From assembly GCA_012960535.1 (NCBI GenBank), contig DUBB01000027.1:111487-175486 (forward strand): 64,000 nucleotides of DNA. The letters run 5' to 3'. Below, piece after piece: positions 11,883-22,164 of this stretch (its first letter is position 1; each line of letters starts with the position of its first letter). The position numbers and the translations under genes were made by a program. The notes beneath the pieces are model-generated. The model had not been told where the DNA came from and ran no database searches. It saw only the letters and a program-made list of their open reading frames with translations. The DNA comes from Gammaproteobacteria bacterium. GTDB taxonomy: Bacteria; Pseudomonadota; Gammaproteobacteria; Pseudomonadales; Azotimanducaceae.

Positions 11883-12654
11883 ACCAACGTAGATCGTGAT
11901 CTAGTCTGATTACCTACTAGCAGGTAGGTAGTTAGATGAGATGGAAGTAAAAGATAGAGTCGACTTTTGAATTGATATTCAGAGTCATTCATGGAATGGG
12001 TTCGTAGGTAGATGGGCAGCGTTATGTCGTAGTAGCTCGCTATTCACTAAGCAGTGGTTGGCGAACTACGTGACAATGTGCAAGTTCTCCTCGAGTAGGT
12101 TGGGCAGTTGTTCCCAGGGAAACCGGGATTGTTGTTTTGTCCAAATCTAAAGCTATCTGAACAATCTTCGAAAAGCTGAGGTTTTCCTTCCTCTGTGGGA
12201 GTGGGAAAGCTGAAAGATTGGTAGTGGCAGGTAGCTGAGGAATTGGTGTCTGAAGTCTCCTGGCACTACTCTTAATCCTCCGCAGTTACTTAACTTGGTG
12301 GCATGCCGCCTCGTCTGGCTGCACTCGTTCTGAGGAAAGCTGATGTGGCTTTCGCGTGCAAGCTTTATAATACGATTCTGTTTTTCTCTTCAAATGAGCG
12401 CTTTCACCAGGTTCTGCGTCGAATACCCCTGATGTTTTTCCTGTGTTTGGCACGCTCAACTAGAAGCATCCCAGCTTCACTTTTAACTAGAAGAAGTGTC
12501 TTCTAGTAAATAAGCCTGGGCGATGCCATATGGGCCGGCAGCAAACACCGGCTACATGGTACATTTAATGGGAGCATCCTTTACAAGTTTCAGGGTCAAA
12601 CTACACTACCGCTGTGTTGGCCGTCGCCGGTACCAGGCGCTTTCATTGAAGTCT

Positions 12655-13251
12655 TCAATGACCTGTGGATTGACCAGCGTTTGTTAGTTGTCGTTGAATG
12701 ACAACCCATAGCAGACCACCAATAGCCCCGTACAGGTGGGACTCAGTAATGACCCTGTCACCAATATAGTTCTGCAAATAAAATACATCAAACATTGGCA
12801 GTTGCTCAATGACTAATTTCAAAACAACAAAAGCTATACCCAGTTCATGAATTAGCCGGTGCCTGTTAAATCCAACGATCAGATAATGAATCAGGATTCC
12901 GTGTAGCAAGCCTGAAAGACCTAGGTAATAGATGACATCTGGTGAAAAAAAGAAAAGGCCGGCGCTGACAAACAGCGCCAGTGTGATCAGGTAGATGCAG
13001 CTCCATACAGGGTTCTTAGGGGTTCCAAAAACAGCAAAACAGAGGATAAGACCTGTTGTGTTCAGTAAAGTATGTAAGAAATTCAGGTGAACAAAATGAC
13101 AGCTAACAAGCCGCCAGATTTGCCCGGAAGAAATGGCGGTTCGATTATATTCCAATAAAGAATTGATGGATTGGTGGAAAATTCCAAGTCCAAGAATAAC
13201 GAAAACAAACCCAAAAATGAGAAGTTCTCGTGATTGCGGCGAACCATTCAT
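12655..13251 (-). CDS. rrtA: rhombosortase (rhomboid-family intramembrane serine protease)
   Basis: 198 aa. The rhomboid catalytic Ser lies in GLSGLLHG and the His in HLYGAIGG. The N-terminal pattern QIWRLVSCHFVHLNFLHTLLN is typical of rhombosortases. It lies immediately downstream of a GlyGly-CTERM protein gene. Confidence 0.8.
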   Translation of the reverse strand: MNGSPQSRELLIFGFVFVILGLGIFHQSINSLLEYNRTAISSGQIWRLVSCHFVHLNFLHTLLNTTGLILCFAVFGTPKNPVWSCIYLITLALFVSAGLFFFSPDVIYYLGLSGLLHGILIHYLIVGFNRHRLIHELGIAFVVLKLVIEQLPMFDVFYLQNYIGDRVITESHLYGAIGGLLWVVIQRQLTNAGQSTGH

Positions 13252-13303
13252 TGATCACCTGGTTTCACATAGATTTCCAAAGTTGTACTGGATCGCAAGG
13301 TGC

Positions 13304-15628
13304 TTAGTTTGAAGTACGATTTAAACTCGGTGATTCAGTTTTTTTTTGCCGTGTTAACAAAACCAGCAGCATGGTTAAAATCAGGTAACCCACTGCGCCA
13401 CCGCCGCCCTTTTTGCGCTCAACTGGTGCCGGTGTTGTCGTTACAGCAGCGACCGCCACCGTCACCGTCACAGTGTCGGAATGGTCTGCCCCCATTTCAT
13501 CTGTGACTGTTAGCCGAAAAGAAAGAGTGCCCGAAGATGTCGGTGCGGTAAAGGTGAGTTCTGGATTGTCGGTTCCGTTTAGCGTCACGGTCTGACCAGA
13601 AAGCTGCTCCCAGAGATACACCAGGTTCGTGCTATCAGCATCGCTACCAGATCCCTGCAGGGAAACAGTTTCTCCAGCGCTGACAGACACGTTGCCGCCG
13701 GCATCAGCGACTGGAGGTGAGTTCCCGGAAGAAGCCTGAATAGAGATAACTGAAATACTGGGTGACCCCAGAGAAAGAGATCCCCTGGGATCATAAAGTC
13801 GAATCAGGAAACTTTCTCGTGGCTCAAGGTTACTGTCAGTTCTGATCGGGATTGAAATTGTCTGGTTTTGGAGTTGTCCGTCTGTCCAGGAAAGAATACC
13901 TGAATCCATGCCAACATCATCGTCGTTGGTAGCACCGGCCAGTAACTCCCACCTGACACTGACATCACCCTGGCTGCCCTCTTTCCTTTCGACAGAAAGC
14001 TCGAGACTGTCGCCTTCTTCTACCGAGTAGGTTGTGGCATTAAAACTCACATTTCCCTGTGCAGTTTTCTTAGTGTTATCGCGAACAATATACAGGCCGC
14101 TGTTGATATCGCTTATCAGAATGTTACCACTGGGTAAAAACGGATAGACTCCCCAGGCACCATTGAAAGACGTTTCATCTGACAACGGAAAGGTGTCAAA
14201 GAATCCTGCTTCAGTTGGGTTCAATGTGTCTGAGATATCAAGTACGGTCATGCCGCGGGTATAGTTTGACATATAGTAGCGATTACCCCTGACAAAGCCA
14301 TTATGATCAATGGCACCTGTCGGTCCGGACCAGGTTGACAGCAGTGTTGGCTGTCGGAGATCTGACAGCTCAAAAAGGCGAACGGTGGTATTTAAATTAA
14401 AATCCTGCTCGTCCAGTTCATCGTGCACTAACACGACTTGTTTATCTTCCGTGTACCATCCGGAATGCACATAAGAAACACCCGCATAAGTGATTGTACT
14501 CAAGCGTGAAGGAGAGGCATTCAACGTTTTATCCCATATTTGAAAATTGTCTACATTAAAATCAAAAAGAATTTCGCAGTAAGGCCCGCTGTTTATGCAT
14601 TGGCTGTCTTTCCTGTCATCCAGGATGACCATTGAACTGACGTCGTGGGAATAAGTCACCCGGGATTCTGAACCATGTTGATAGACCAGGGATAGATCAA
14701 TGGGGTCATTCAAAGCGTAGCTATTAAAGGCGCCACCTTTTCTGTCTGAACCAATGACATGAAGATAGGGCGTTAGATCATTCAGCGCTATTCCTGTTGA
14801 ATAATCCACGTTACTCAGATAGACGTTATGTGCACTTAAATCGCTCTGGTCTGCTCCGACAGCTTCGACACTATCGGGCAGGGACCCCAAATCAATCACC
14901 AGCGTTCCTACTGAGGCACTATCAGCGGTCACATAGGCATAGCTGTGCCAGCGACCCGCAGAATGATCGAATTTCTGGTAGACCTTGATATCGCGCCATG
15001 CCGTTGATTGGCTCGATACACTGCTCACTACCCGCGGAGATTCTGGCTCAGTCACATCAACGATGCCGACACCGTTACGTAGCCCAATAATGGCATACTC
15101 GCGACCATCGTTAAGGTCGTAGAAACCCCAGATATCATTGGCCGCACTAGGCTGAGTTGAAAAACTTGATAATGGCACGTGCGCGAGCAAATCCATTTTT
15201 TCGCAGGCATGGTCGCCTGCGTATCCATTGGCACAGTTGTCAGAAAATTTAGGCTGTTTTAGTTGTTCATAAACTCGCATCTTCTTATATAAATCTGAGG
15301 ATCGTTTTATATCCTCCCCTTTACTGTCAACAATAACGGTAAAACCTTTTTGGGCGAGTTCATCTGCAAATTCCAGCGGAACACCAGTTGGCCGGGTATT
15401 GTTCGCTGGGTTCTTTTCCGAAAAAGCAGTTTCCTCACTATATAAACCTTCTACTGGGATCAGATCGCTGAGCAGCAAAAAAAGCGTGCTGGTATCTCTG
15501 ACTGGGTAGTGACCCCCTGCCAATCGAATAATGTCACCCTTATTCGACTGTGAGCCAGCGTATAAAATGGTTCTGCAGGGCTTCAGGGCATTGTCGCATT
15601 TACCGATATCGCTACCGCTGTTGGACAC
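13304..15628 (-). CDS. GlyGly-CTERM-anchored surface protein: choice-of-anchor-B/LVIVD beta-propeller + Calx-beta + PKD-like domains
   Basis: DIWGFYDLNDGREYAIIGLRNGVGIVDVTEPESPRVV and repeated LVIVD-like blades. A Calx-beta-like segment (NVSFNATTYSVEEGDSLELSVERKEGSQGDVSVRW...). A PKD-like segment (PPVADAGGNVSVSAGETVSLQGSGSDAD...TVTVTV). The C-terminus is KKGGGGAVGYLILTMLLVLLTRQKK, a Gly-Gly motif followed by a TM helix and a basic cluster. The in-frame start is only a GTG and the ORF has no signal peptide (see 15583-15729). Confidence 0.8.
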   Translation of the reverse strand: MSNSGSDIGKCDNALKPCRTILYAGSQSNKGDIIRLAGGHYPVRDTSTLFLLLSDLIPVEGLYSEETAFSEKNPANNTRPTGVPLEFADELAQKGFTVIVDSKGEDIKRSSDLYKKMRVYEQLKQPKFSDNCANGYAGDHACEKMDLLAHVPLSSFSTQPSAANDIWGFYDLNDGREYAIIGLRNGVGIVDVTEPESPRVVSSVSSQSTAWRDIKVYQKFDHSAGRWHSYAYVTADSASVGTLVIDLGSLPDSVEAVGADQSDLSAHNVYLSNVDYSTGIALNDLTPYLHVIGSDRKGGAFNSYALNDPIDLSLVYQHGSESRVTYSHDVSSMVILDDRKDSQCINSGPYCEILFDFNVDNFQIWDKTLNASPSRLSTITYAGVSYVHSGWYTEDKQVVLVHDELDEQDFNLNTTVRLFELSDLRQPTLLSTWSGPTGAIDHNGFVRGNRYYMSNYTRGMTVLDISDTLNPTEAGFFDTFPLSDETSFNGAWGVYPFLPSGNILISDINSGLYIVRDNTKKTAQGNVSFNATTYSVEEGDSLELSVERKEGSQGDVSVRWELLAGATNDDDVGMDSGILSWTDGQLQNQTISIPIRTDSNLEPRESFLIRLYDPRGSLSLGSPSISVISIQASSGNSPPVADAGGNVSVSAGETVSLQGSGSDADSTNLVYLWEQLSGQTVTLNGTDNPELTFTAPTSSGTLSFRLTVTDEMGADHSDTVTVTVAVAAVTTTPAPVERKKGGGGAVGYLILTMLLVLLTRQKKTESPSLNRTSN

Positions 15629-15729
15629 AAACCGGGGCTTTTCATGGTCTGCATGAGATGACCCAAAGGGCTATATAACGTCGCTACAAATACCAGGAAA
15701 GGACCTAGTAGCGTTTTAATTGCAAACAT
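15583..15729 (-). other. out-of-frame 5' segment encoding the probable signal peptide of the GlyGly-CTERM protein
   Basis: From ATG 15729 the frame of ORF 15583..15801 encodes MFAIKTLLGPFLVFVATLYSPLG..., which is signal-peptide-like. It overlaps the start of the 774-aa frame, and the two frames differ by one nucleotide. Confidence 0.55.
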
Positions 15730-16242
15730 CAGTCCATGGTTATAAGTCAACGTTGAATTTTCCTTTATGCTTTCTAATCCGGAAGTGATTTCAGGAGTCA
15801 TGATAACAATCTTTTCACGCTTTGGTCGGCTCGAGCCTGCTCTGCCGGGTTAACGGGTTGGAAATGGCGTTAGAAGCGTCTTTCTGGTGTCGTTTTGTAT
15901 GAACTGGCTACTCGAATTGCCCAGCTCAAGTACCACCCGTGCTTTCGAACGATAAGGATAAGGCTGTTCGCGGTACAGCCTAGTCGAGGCGGCGATGAGC
16001 CTGATCATGGATAAGAGGCGCACAGTGAAGCCTCACCTGGAATAACGGTAGCTTAGCATCCTGGGGACTCCGGGAAGCAAAAATCTGCTTGAAATGACGA
16101 CTGATTTGGTTGAATTAGGAGTTAACGATTCGGCTGGGTCGAACGCAAAATGCAGTATTCCAGGAGGGTGTGGTTGCCAGGAGATCTGGAAGCGTTTTAA
16201 ATGGGAGGCAGGATTGTTGGCCTGAATGGGGTATGTACTTAT

Positions 16243-17346
16243 ATGGAATCTTTATCTTTCCCGAAAAGCCCGGAAGCGCTAACCGCGGCCTGGCTTACTG
16301 ACATCATGCAGACCTCTGCTGAGCTAACATCGAATATACAGGTGCAGACATTCTCGATTGAACCGGTAGGTGAGATTGTGGGTGTTATCGGCGAGGTGGT
16401 ACGTGTCAGGCTCAATTACACGGCAACCTGCCAGGCGCCCTCATCGGTGGTTATCAAGTTCGCACATCGAAACCCGGAAAATCGGGCCATTGCCAATAAC
16501 ACCAGGATGTATGAACGAGAGGTGATGTTTTTCAACGAGATTGCCAGCCAAATCGATACACCCCTGACCCGGTGTTACTTCGCTGAAATGGACCTCTCAA
16601 CCGGGGGTAACGCTATCGTGATAGAAGATCTCATTGATTATCGGGTAGGCGATCAGGTGGCCGGCATCAACCTGACTCAGGTGAAGATGGTGGTTGATAC
16701 GATTGCGCCATTGCACGCGCGATTTTTCGGGTGCTGGCAGCAGGAATTTGGTCATATGATGAGTATTGATTCTGATGAGTACATTGATAGCTTCCTGCCG
16801 GGCTTTTTAGGTAGTTGGCAGATGGCCATCAAGAATTTCCCTGAGTGCTTTCCCAAGGTTTTACTTGATGCCATGCCAGCTTATGTCGGTGGCCTGGGCG
16901 GGATCATGAAAATGATGGGTGAGCGGAACATGACCTTTATCCATGGAGATGTTCGCATGGACAATGCCATGTTTGGCAAGGGTGAGCCAGGTCAGCATCC
17001 TGTTATTATGATTGACTGGCAGAATATGATGATCTCCAATCCGCTGCAGGATCTGGCTTGGCTGGCAGCCACCAGCCTCAAGGTTGAGGTCCGTCGGGCC
17101 ATCGAAGAGGATATGCTGGGATACTATTGTGAGGCCATGAAGGGTCATGGTGTTTCCGGCTATAGCCTGGCACAGGTAAGGGCCGACTATGACATTGCCG
17201 TTCTGTTTATGATGAATTTCAATATGATTATTGCCGGCGCTTTCGTGCCCAGCAGTGAACGCGCCAGGGAAATGGCCGTGGAAGGCTTGCATCGAGCTGT
17301 CGAGGCTGTTCTGGATCGTGATTTACTCAGGTATATCCCGGGTTAG
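16243..17346 (+). CDS. phosphotransferase, ecdysteroid-kinase-like/APH family (EcKL, DUF1679-like)
   Basis: Catalytic-loop pattern FIHGDVRMDNAMF followed by IDWQN, typical of the APH/CHK kinase fold. ATG 16243 is preferred to 16201. Confidence 0.7.
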   Translation: MESLSFPKSPEALTAAWLTDIMQTSAELTSNIQVQTFSIEPVGEIVGVIGEVVRVRLNYTATCQAPSSVVIKFAHRNPENRAIANNTRMYEREVMFFNEIASQIDTPLTRCYFAEMDLSTGGNAIVIEDLIDYRVGDQVAGINLTQVKMVVDTIAPLHARFFGCWQQEFGHMMSIDSDEYIDSFLPGFLGSWQMAIKNFPECFPKVLLDAMPAYVGGLGGIMKMMGERNMTFIHGDVRMDNAMFGKGEPGQHPVIMIDWQNMMISNPLQDLAWLAATSLKVEVRRAIEEDMLGYYCEAMKGHGVSGYSLAQVRADYDIAVLFMMNFNMIIAGAFVPSSERAREMAVEGLHRAVEAVLDRDLLRYIPG

Positions 17347-17445
17347 TCTAAGTTCACAGCCAAGTTGATAGACTCTAACGTCTTAGTAGGGACTGTTGAA
17401 CTGGATCTGCTCTATTAATTCAGTAGTAGCAGGTAACGGAGGAGG

Positions 17446-17481
17446 CTGCAGATCATTCCATGAGGAATGATCTGCAGTTTT
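17446..17481 (+). terminator. strong intrinsic terminator hairpin between convergent genes
   Basis: A perfect 14-bp stem (CTGCAGATCATTCC / GGAATGATCTGCAG) with an ATGA loop, followed by TTTT. It lies 100 nt after the kinase-like gene and 28 nt beyond the stop of the convergent TonB receptor gene. Confidence 0.8.
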
Positions 17482-17508
17482 GCTAATTCCAGCTTTAGAA
17501 ACAATGAT

Positions 17509-19863
17509 TTACTCGTTTCTCCAGGTGACCGTCAGGCCATAAGTGCGAGGCGGTGCCGGTGTTGCCTGGCCGCTTCCCTGCAGTGGCCAGTTATGCAGGT
17601 AGTAATCTTCATCTGCTGCATTTCGTGACCACAAGGTAGCGTCGACGTTACCATTGGGGAAGGTATAGGTTGCCCGAAGGTCGACCACGTCATAGGCGGG
17701 TACGGCCGCAAATTCGAGCACATCAGGGTCCTGGTAGACCTTGTCTTTATGCCGGAAGTCCGCTTGTAGTGCCAGTCCGCCGCCATTACTGAGGTCCGTG
17801 TCGTAACGAATCAGGATGTTATAGGCGTTCTCTGGCGCATTTCGCAGGGCATTACCAGTACGGTCAGGACTGGCCGTCGGTACACCCGTTGGATCAGTGG
17901 GTGGGCCAAATCCTTCTGGAAGGAAGAAGTCGGAAAAAGCAGTATCCAGATGGGTATAAGAGCCCTGGATGGTGATTTTCTCCGATGGAACTATCGTAAA
18001 CTCGACTTCAACACCCTTGATGTCAGCATTTGCCGCGTTCTGGGTGATCAACTGACCCGAGGTGCCAGGAGGTGCAGCATTCTCGACCAGTAACTGCAGT
18101 ATTTGCAGGTCTTCATAATCGGTAGAGAAAATAGCTGTGTTCAGGCGAATCCGGTTGTCCCAGAATTCGGCTTTAATACCGAGTTCAATCAGCAGGGCTT
18201 CTTCGGGATTAAAAGGTGTGCTTGCGGCCTCATATGTGGCGGCAGCGCCCTGATAGCCACCTGATTTAAAGCCCTCGGCTGCAGTGGCGTAAACAAATAG
18301 ATCATCAGTAGCTTGCCACTCAATACCTAATTTACCCGTGAAAGCGTTCCATTTCTTACCGGTAGTAAAATCAAAAACCCGGTTGGGTGCGGTGGCTGTC
18401 GGGGTGCCCAGACGGCTGATTTCTTTCTCATCCCAGGTTTTACGGCCACCTACAGTGACGGCAAGGGCATCAGTCAGGTTAAAGGAAACCTGGCCAAAAA
18501 TGGAGTAGCTGTCCGTCTCATTTTGCTGTAAGTCACCACCATCGATAACCGGGATGGAGAAGGCTATTCCCCCTGCGCCATCTGAGAATGATAGGCCAAT
18601 GGGCGAGGTTTCATTTCGGTCAGTCTGTTCATTCATGAAATACACACCGGCGACGTAGTCCATTCTGTCAGTCGAGCCAGTTAAGCGAAATTCATGGGTG
18701 AAGGTATCTGAATCATCGCTGTAGTCATTGGAACCAACCAGATAAAGCGGGACTTGAGGTATGCCTGACGATAGACGAAGCGCTGTCAAGTTCGGTGTCG
18801 AAAGGAACCATTGCTGATCAGCTTCAACCTTACGAAAAGATGTCAGTGAAGCAAGAGACATGGAATCATTGATTTCATAATCGATTCGAGCTGTAACACC
18901 AACGATATCGTTTCGAGACAAACCAGGATCTTCGAGCAGGTTTTGATGGATGTTGTCGACATAGTTGGGTAGTAATGCTGCATCAGCACTGAACGGTATA
19001 CCACCAGGACCTATAGATTTGTAGCTGGGGCCAGCTCGATCCATGGTTGAATAGTTAGCAGTCAGGTTAACTTCCATACGATCCGACGGGACGAACCGAA
19101 GCGCTCCCCTGAAGCTATCACTATTAATATTGAGCTGGTCAAAATCGCCCAGCAGGTTGGAACTAACCGAAGGGAAGTATTCAGGATACTGCGAAATCAT
19201 TGATTTTAGGTACCCTTCCCGACGCCGGCTTGAGAAAGAAATTTTCCCGTAGACATTCTTGCCAATCTCGCCACTGGCAAGTCCTCGTAATGTCATAGCC
19301 TTTAAGTTACCAACAGTGGCTTGGAGTACAGTCTCATTGTCTTCGCTTGGTTTCTTGGTTATCAGACTGACGGCACCACCGATGACGTTTTTACCAAACA
19401 GGGTTCCCTGGGGTCCACGTAATACCTCGACTCTTTCGAGATCGAAGAGATCCAGATCAGATCCAGCGGAACGACCAATATAAACCTCGTCAACGAAGAT
19501 AATGACGGATTGGTCTCCACCAGCACCATCTTCGTTGGAGCCGATACCACGGATATAGAACTGGGGTTGGCCTGGGTTGAAGACACCCATAGTGAATCCC
19601 GGTGTGCGCTCGGTTATGCCTTTAATATCAACGATACCCTGAGCATCCAGATCCTCTCCGGTGAATGCGGTAACAGCGACGGCAACGCTCTGCAGGCTTT
19701 CAGCTCTGCGCTCGGCAGTAACAATGACTTCCTCAATGGCTGGGGCATCGGCTGACATCGCCATACCTGAAGATGTCAAACATAGCCCTAATGCAGCCAG
19801 TACAGTCGCTGATTTAATAAATCCCTCTAACCTTGTGTGTCTTTGCTTAGCACTAGTTATCAT
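17509..19863 (-). CDS. TonB-dependent receptor
   Basis: 784 aa. Signal peptide, then a plug-domain pattern (EEVIVTAERRAESLQSVAVAVTAF...GITERTPGF...RGPQGTLFGKNVIGGAV). The C-terminal region looks like a long beta-barrel. Confidence 0.9.
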   Translation of the reverse strand: MITSAKQRHTRLEGFIKSATVLAALGLCLTSSGMAMSADAPAIEEVIVTAERRAESLQSVAVAVTAFTGEDLDAQGIVDIKGITERTPGFTMGVFNPGQPQFYIRGIGSNEDGAGGDQSVIIFVDEVYIGRSAGSDLDLFDLERVEVLRGPQGTLFGKNVIGGAVSLITKKPSEDNETVLQATVGNLKAMTLRGLASGEIGKNVYGKISFSSRRREGYLKSMISQYPEYFPSVSSNLLGDFDQLNINSDSFRGALRFVPSDRMEVNLTANYSTMDRAGPSYKSIGPGGIPFSADAALLPNYVDNIHQNLLEDPGLSRNDIVGVTARIDYEINDSMSLASLTSFRKVEADQQWFLSTPNLTALRLSSGIPQVPLYLVGSNDYSDDSDTFTHEFRLTGSTDRMDYVAGVYFMNEQTDRNETSPIGLSFSDGAGGIAFSIPVIDGGDLQQNETDSYSIFGQVSFNLTDALAVTVGGRKTWDEKEISRLGTPTATAPNRVFDFTTGKKWNAFTGKLGIEWQATDDLFVYATAAEGFKSGGYQGAAATYEAASTPFNPEEALLIELGIKAEFWDNRIRLNTAIFSTDYEDLQILQLLVENAAPPGTSGQLITQNAANADIKGVEVEFTIVPSEKITIQGSYTHLDTAFSDFFLPEGFGPPTDPTGVPTASPDRTGNALRNAPENAYNILIRYDTDLSNGGGLALQADFRHKDKVYQDPDVLEFAAVPAYDVVDLRATYTFPNGNVDATLWSRNAADEDYYLHNWPLQGSGQATPAPPRTYGLTVTWRNE

Positions 19864-20331
19864 AGTACTTCCCCTTAAAATTTGATGAAAACTTGATCAA
19901 TAAAGTGCCCGATCCAGAAGGCGGGTTTGATACGCTTTTTGATCCCCGTATGAAGCTAATTTAAAACTACCGCTGCCCCCTTGGCTGACAGTTCAACCCG
20001 CTATTTAGCTAAGTGAGTCAACTGGAGCAGAGAGATTGAGATATTAATTTCTCGTAGGGTTTTGATTGAGTCTACCCTTTTGCGTAAAAATTTTACTACT
20101 TAGATACGAATTATGATAGTTAATTAAAGAAAATAAGAGTTAATCCTCGTTTAATTCCGAAATTAAGCATGTTGGGAACTAAGTGTAAATGCCCTCATGC
20201 TTTGCTTTTAACCGAATGCGGTTGGTAAGAAGTACGCAGCCCATAATAGTGATGGGGCCTGCAGCGGCGATAGTTATTTACCTAGATGCCAGGTTTTGCA
20301 GGGCGTTCTGGGTGAGCTGTCAATGCTGTGC

Positions 20332-21906
20332 TTAGATGATTTTCATTGCTTTAAGCAAATCATTTTCTTTTTCATAAAAATTCTGGGCTGATATCGCAAG
20401 TTCAGCTTTAGCGCTGCCAGCATCACGCACTAATTTGTCACCTATATAAATGCTGCCACGCTGTTTTTTTATCCTGTTCCAGACAAATTCAGCACTGGCC
20501 TTGGGCGTTTTCTTGCCCTTTTTTAGGGCCAATATAAAAAGTAGCCCTAAATAACTGAAATTGATGGCGCCACCGGTAACTGGGCTGGTTAAAACATCGC
20601 CTTCCTGGTTTCTCGTTGCTCTCTCGAGTAGATAAGCATTGAGTCTGTCTGTCTGAGCGTTAACTTTGTTATTGGTATGGTCGTCCTGAATGGCGACGAT
20701 AAAACCTTTACTGCATAGCACTAAAATGGCTTGGGTTATCTGGTCAAGGCTGATTTTGGCTTCACGGCAATGCATTTCAATTTGCTTGATCGTTTTAATC
20801 TGGAATTCTGCCAGTGCATTCAGGACAGGGTTGTAAATAGCCTGGTATAGTTTTATCTGGCCAAGCGAGGTTGATATGGTCTTGGGTGTTGTGTCGAAAG
20901 TTTTAGCAATCATAAATCGCTGCTCTCGAATTAATTTGTTTTGTCGGTCAGAGGAGAGAGGGGTAGGGTCCCTGACCCAGATATCAGTCCTGAGTTTTTT
21001 ATTAAGCAGGAAATCTCTAGTGGTTTCGCGCTCCGGCAGGTCAGTGAACCCGTTTATCAGGTTTCGTTGTTCTTTGTTTAAATTAACGATATCTATATTG
21101 TTCAGGTAATCTGCTGAGCTAATATATATCAGTTCTACTGGATCCAGTGCCTGGCAGAGAGTAGAAAAATTCATGGGTGTCCAGCTCTTTTGGAGAAATT
21201 CATGAATGAGGTAGTTTATTTCTTATTTCCTCATTTTCTTGAACTGGTTTATTGCCTGTGGGTTCGCTCGACCAAAAGCCGGACTTTGGTCTAAGAGTTT
21301 ATCTAGGAAGTCGAAAGCTTCTCTGGTTTGTATTTGTATATCCTTGCTGGGGTCAACCACATTCTCAATATAGGCCATTATAGTGTCGCGCAAGGGTATC
21401 ATATTGGACCACCCTGGCAAGGTGTTGTAACTGATGTAAACAACGCCACCGGGTCTTAGGTTTCGCCGTATAAAATCGACGATAGTGGCTCTGTTCTCCG
21501 ATGATACCCAGGCCCAGATTCCATGCAGGCAGATGTAGTCAAATGCCGGTAAATCCTGCCTTGAGCAGTAAGTCTTGAAAGATTGATCAAGGGCGTCAAT
21601 GTCAGCACCCTAGGCTTCTGCCATTTCTCTTGCAAGACCAGCATGAGCAGGAAGGAAATCCGTGCCATGCCATTTCGTGGTTGAAGCCGCTACATGAGCA
21701 TTTATAGTGAAGCCATGGCCAAAACCCAGTTCACAGGCAGTGTTAATTTCTGGGAATTGCCAGCCCTGGCTCAGCAGTAGAAATTTCAGCCGGACAGGAT
21801 TTAATAGGGGGAAATAGTGGTGCGTGTAGGCGACACCCGTTACGTAAGAGTCTGTCCAATTAGTCATAAGTGGTGCCGAGCTTAGCTGTGTTAGGCGATG
21901 GGACAC
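20332..21906 (-). pseudogene. class I SAM-dependent methyltransferase fused to a methyltransferase regulatory domain, interrupted by two in-frame stop codons
   Basis: A single 525-codon frame (1575 nt) with no frameshift. It contains an in-frame TAG at 21610-21612 and TAA at 21223-21225. The N-terminal part carries ELGFGHG (motif I) and ICLHGIWAWVSSENRATIVDFIRRNLRPGGVVYISYNTLPGW. The C-terminal 280 aa resemble the predicted methyltransferase regulatory domain. Confidence 0.7.
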
Positions 21907-22164
21907 TTTAATGTCTCATAATTTGATATTGTCGCCAATTTTTAGACGAAATTCATCCTTCCTGCTGAAAAGGAATGCTAGCAGGCGGGTTTGAAGATTG
22001 TATTGCTAGCCCTGCAGTAATGAATTGCCTGGTGCTTTAGCAAGCATTCAACTTCGATAATTCCGGTTGGCGTGATTGTGGGTTTTCTCTTATAAGTTTT
22101 TCTGCTAACCCGGTAAGGTTTATCGATCCAGGTGTAAGCCCATGAAAGTGTGCTCAGGGGTGTT

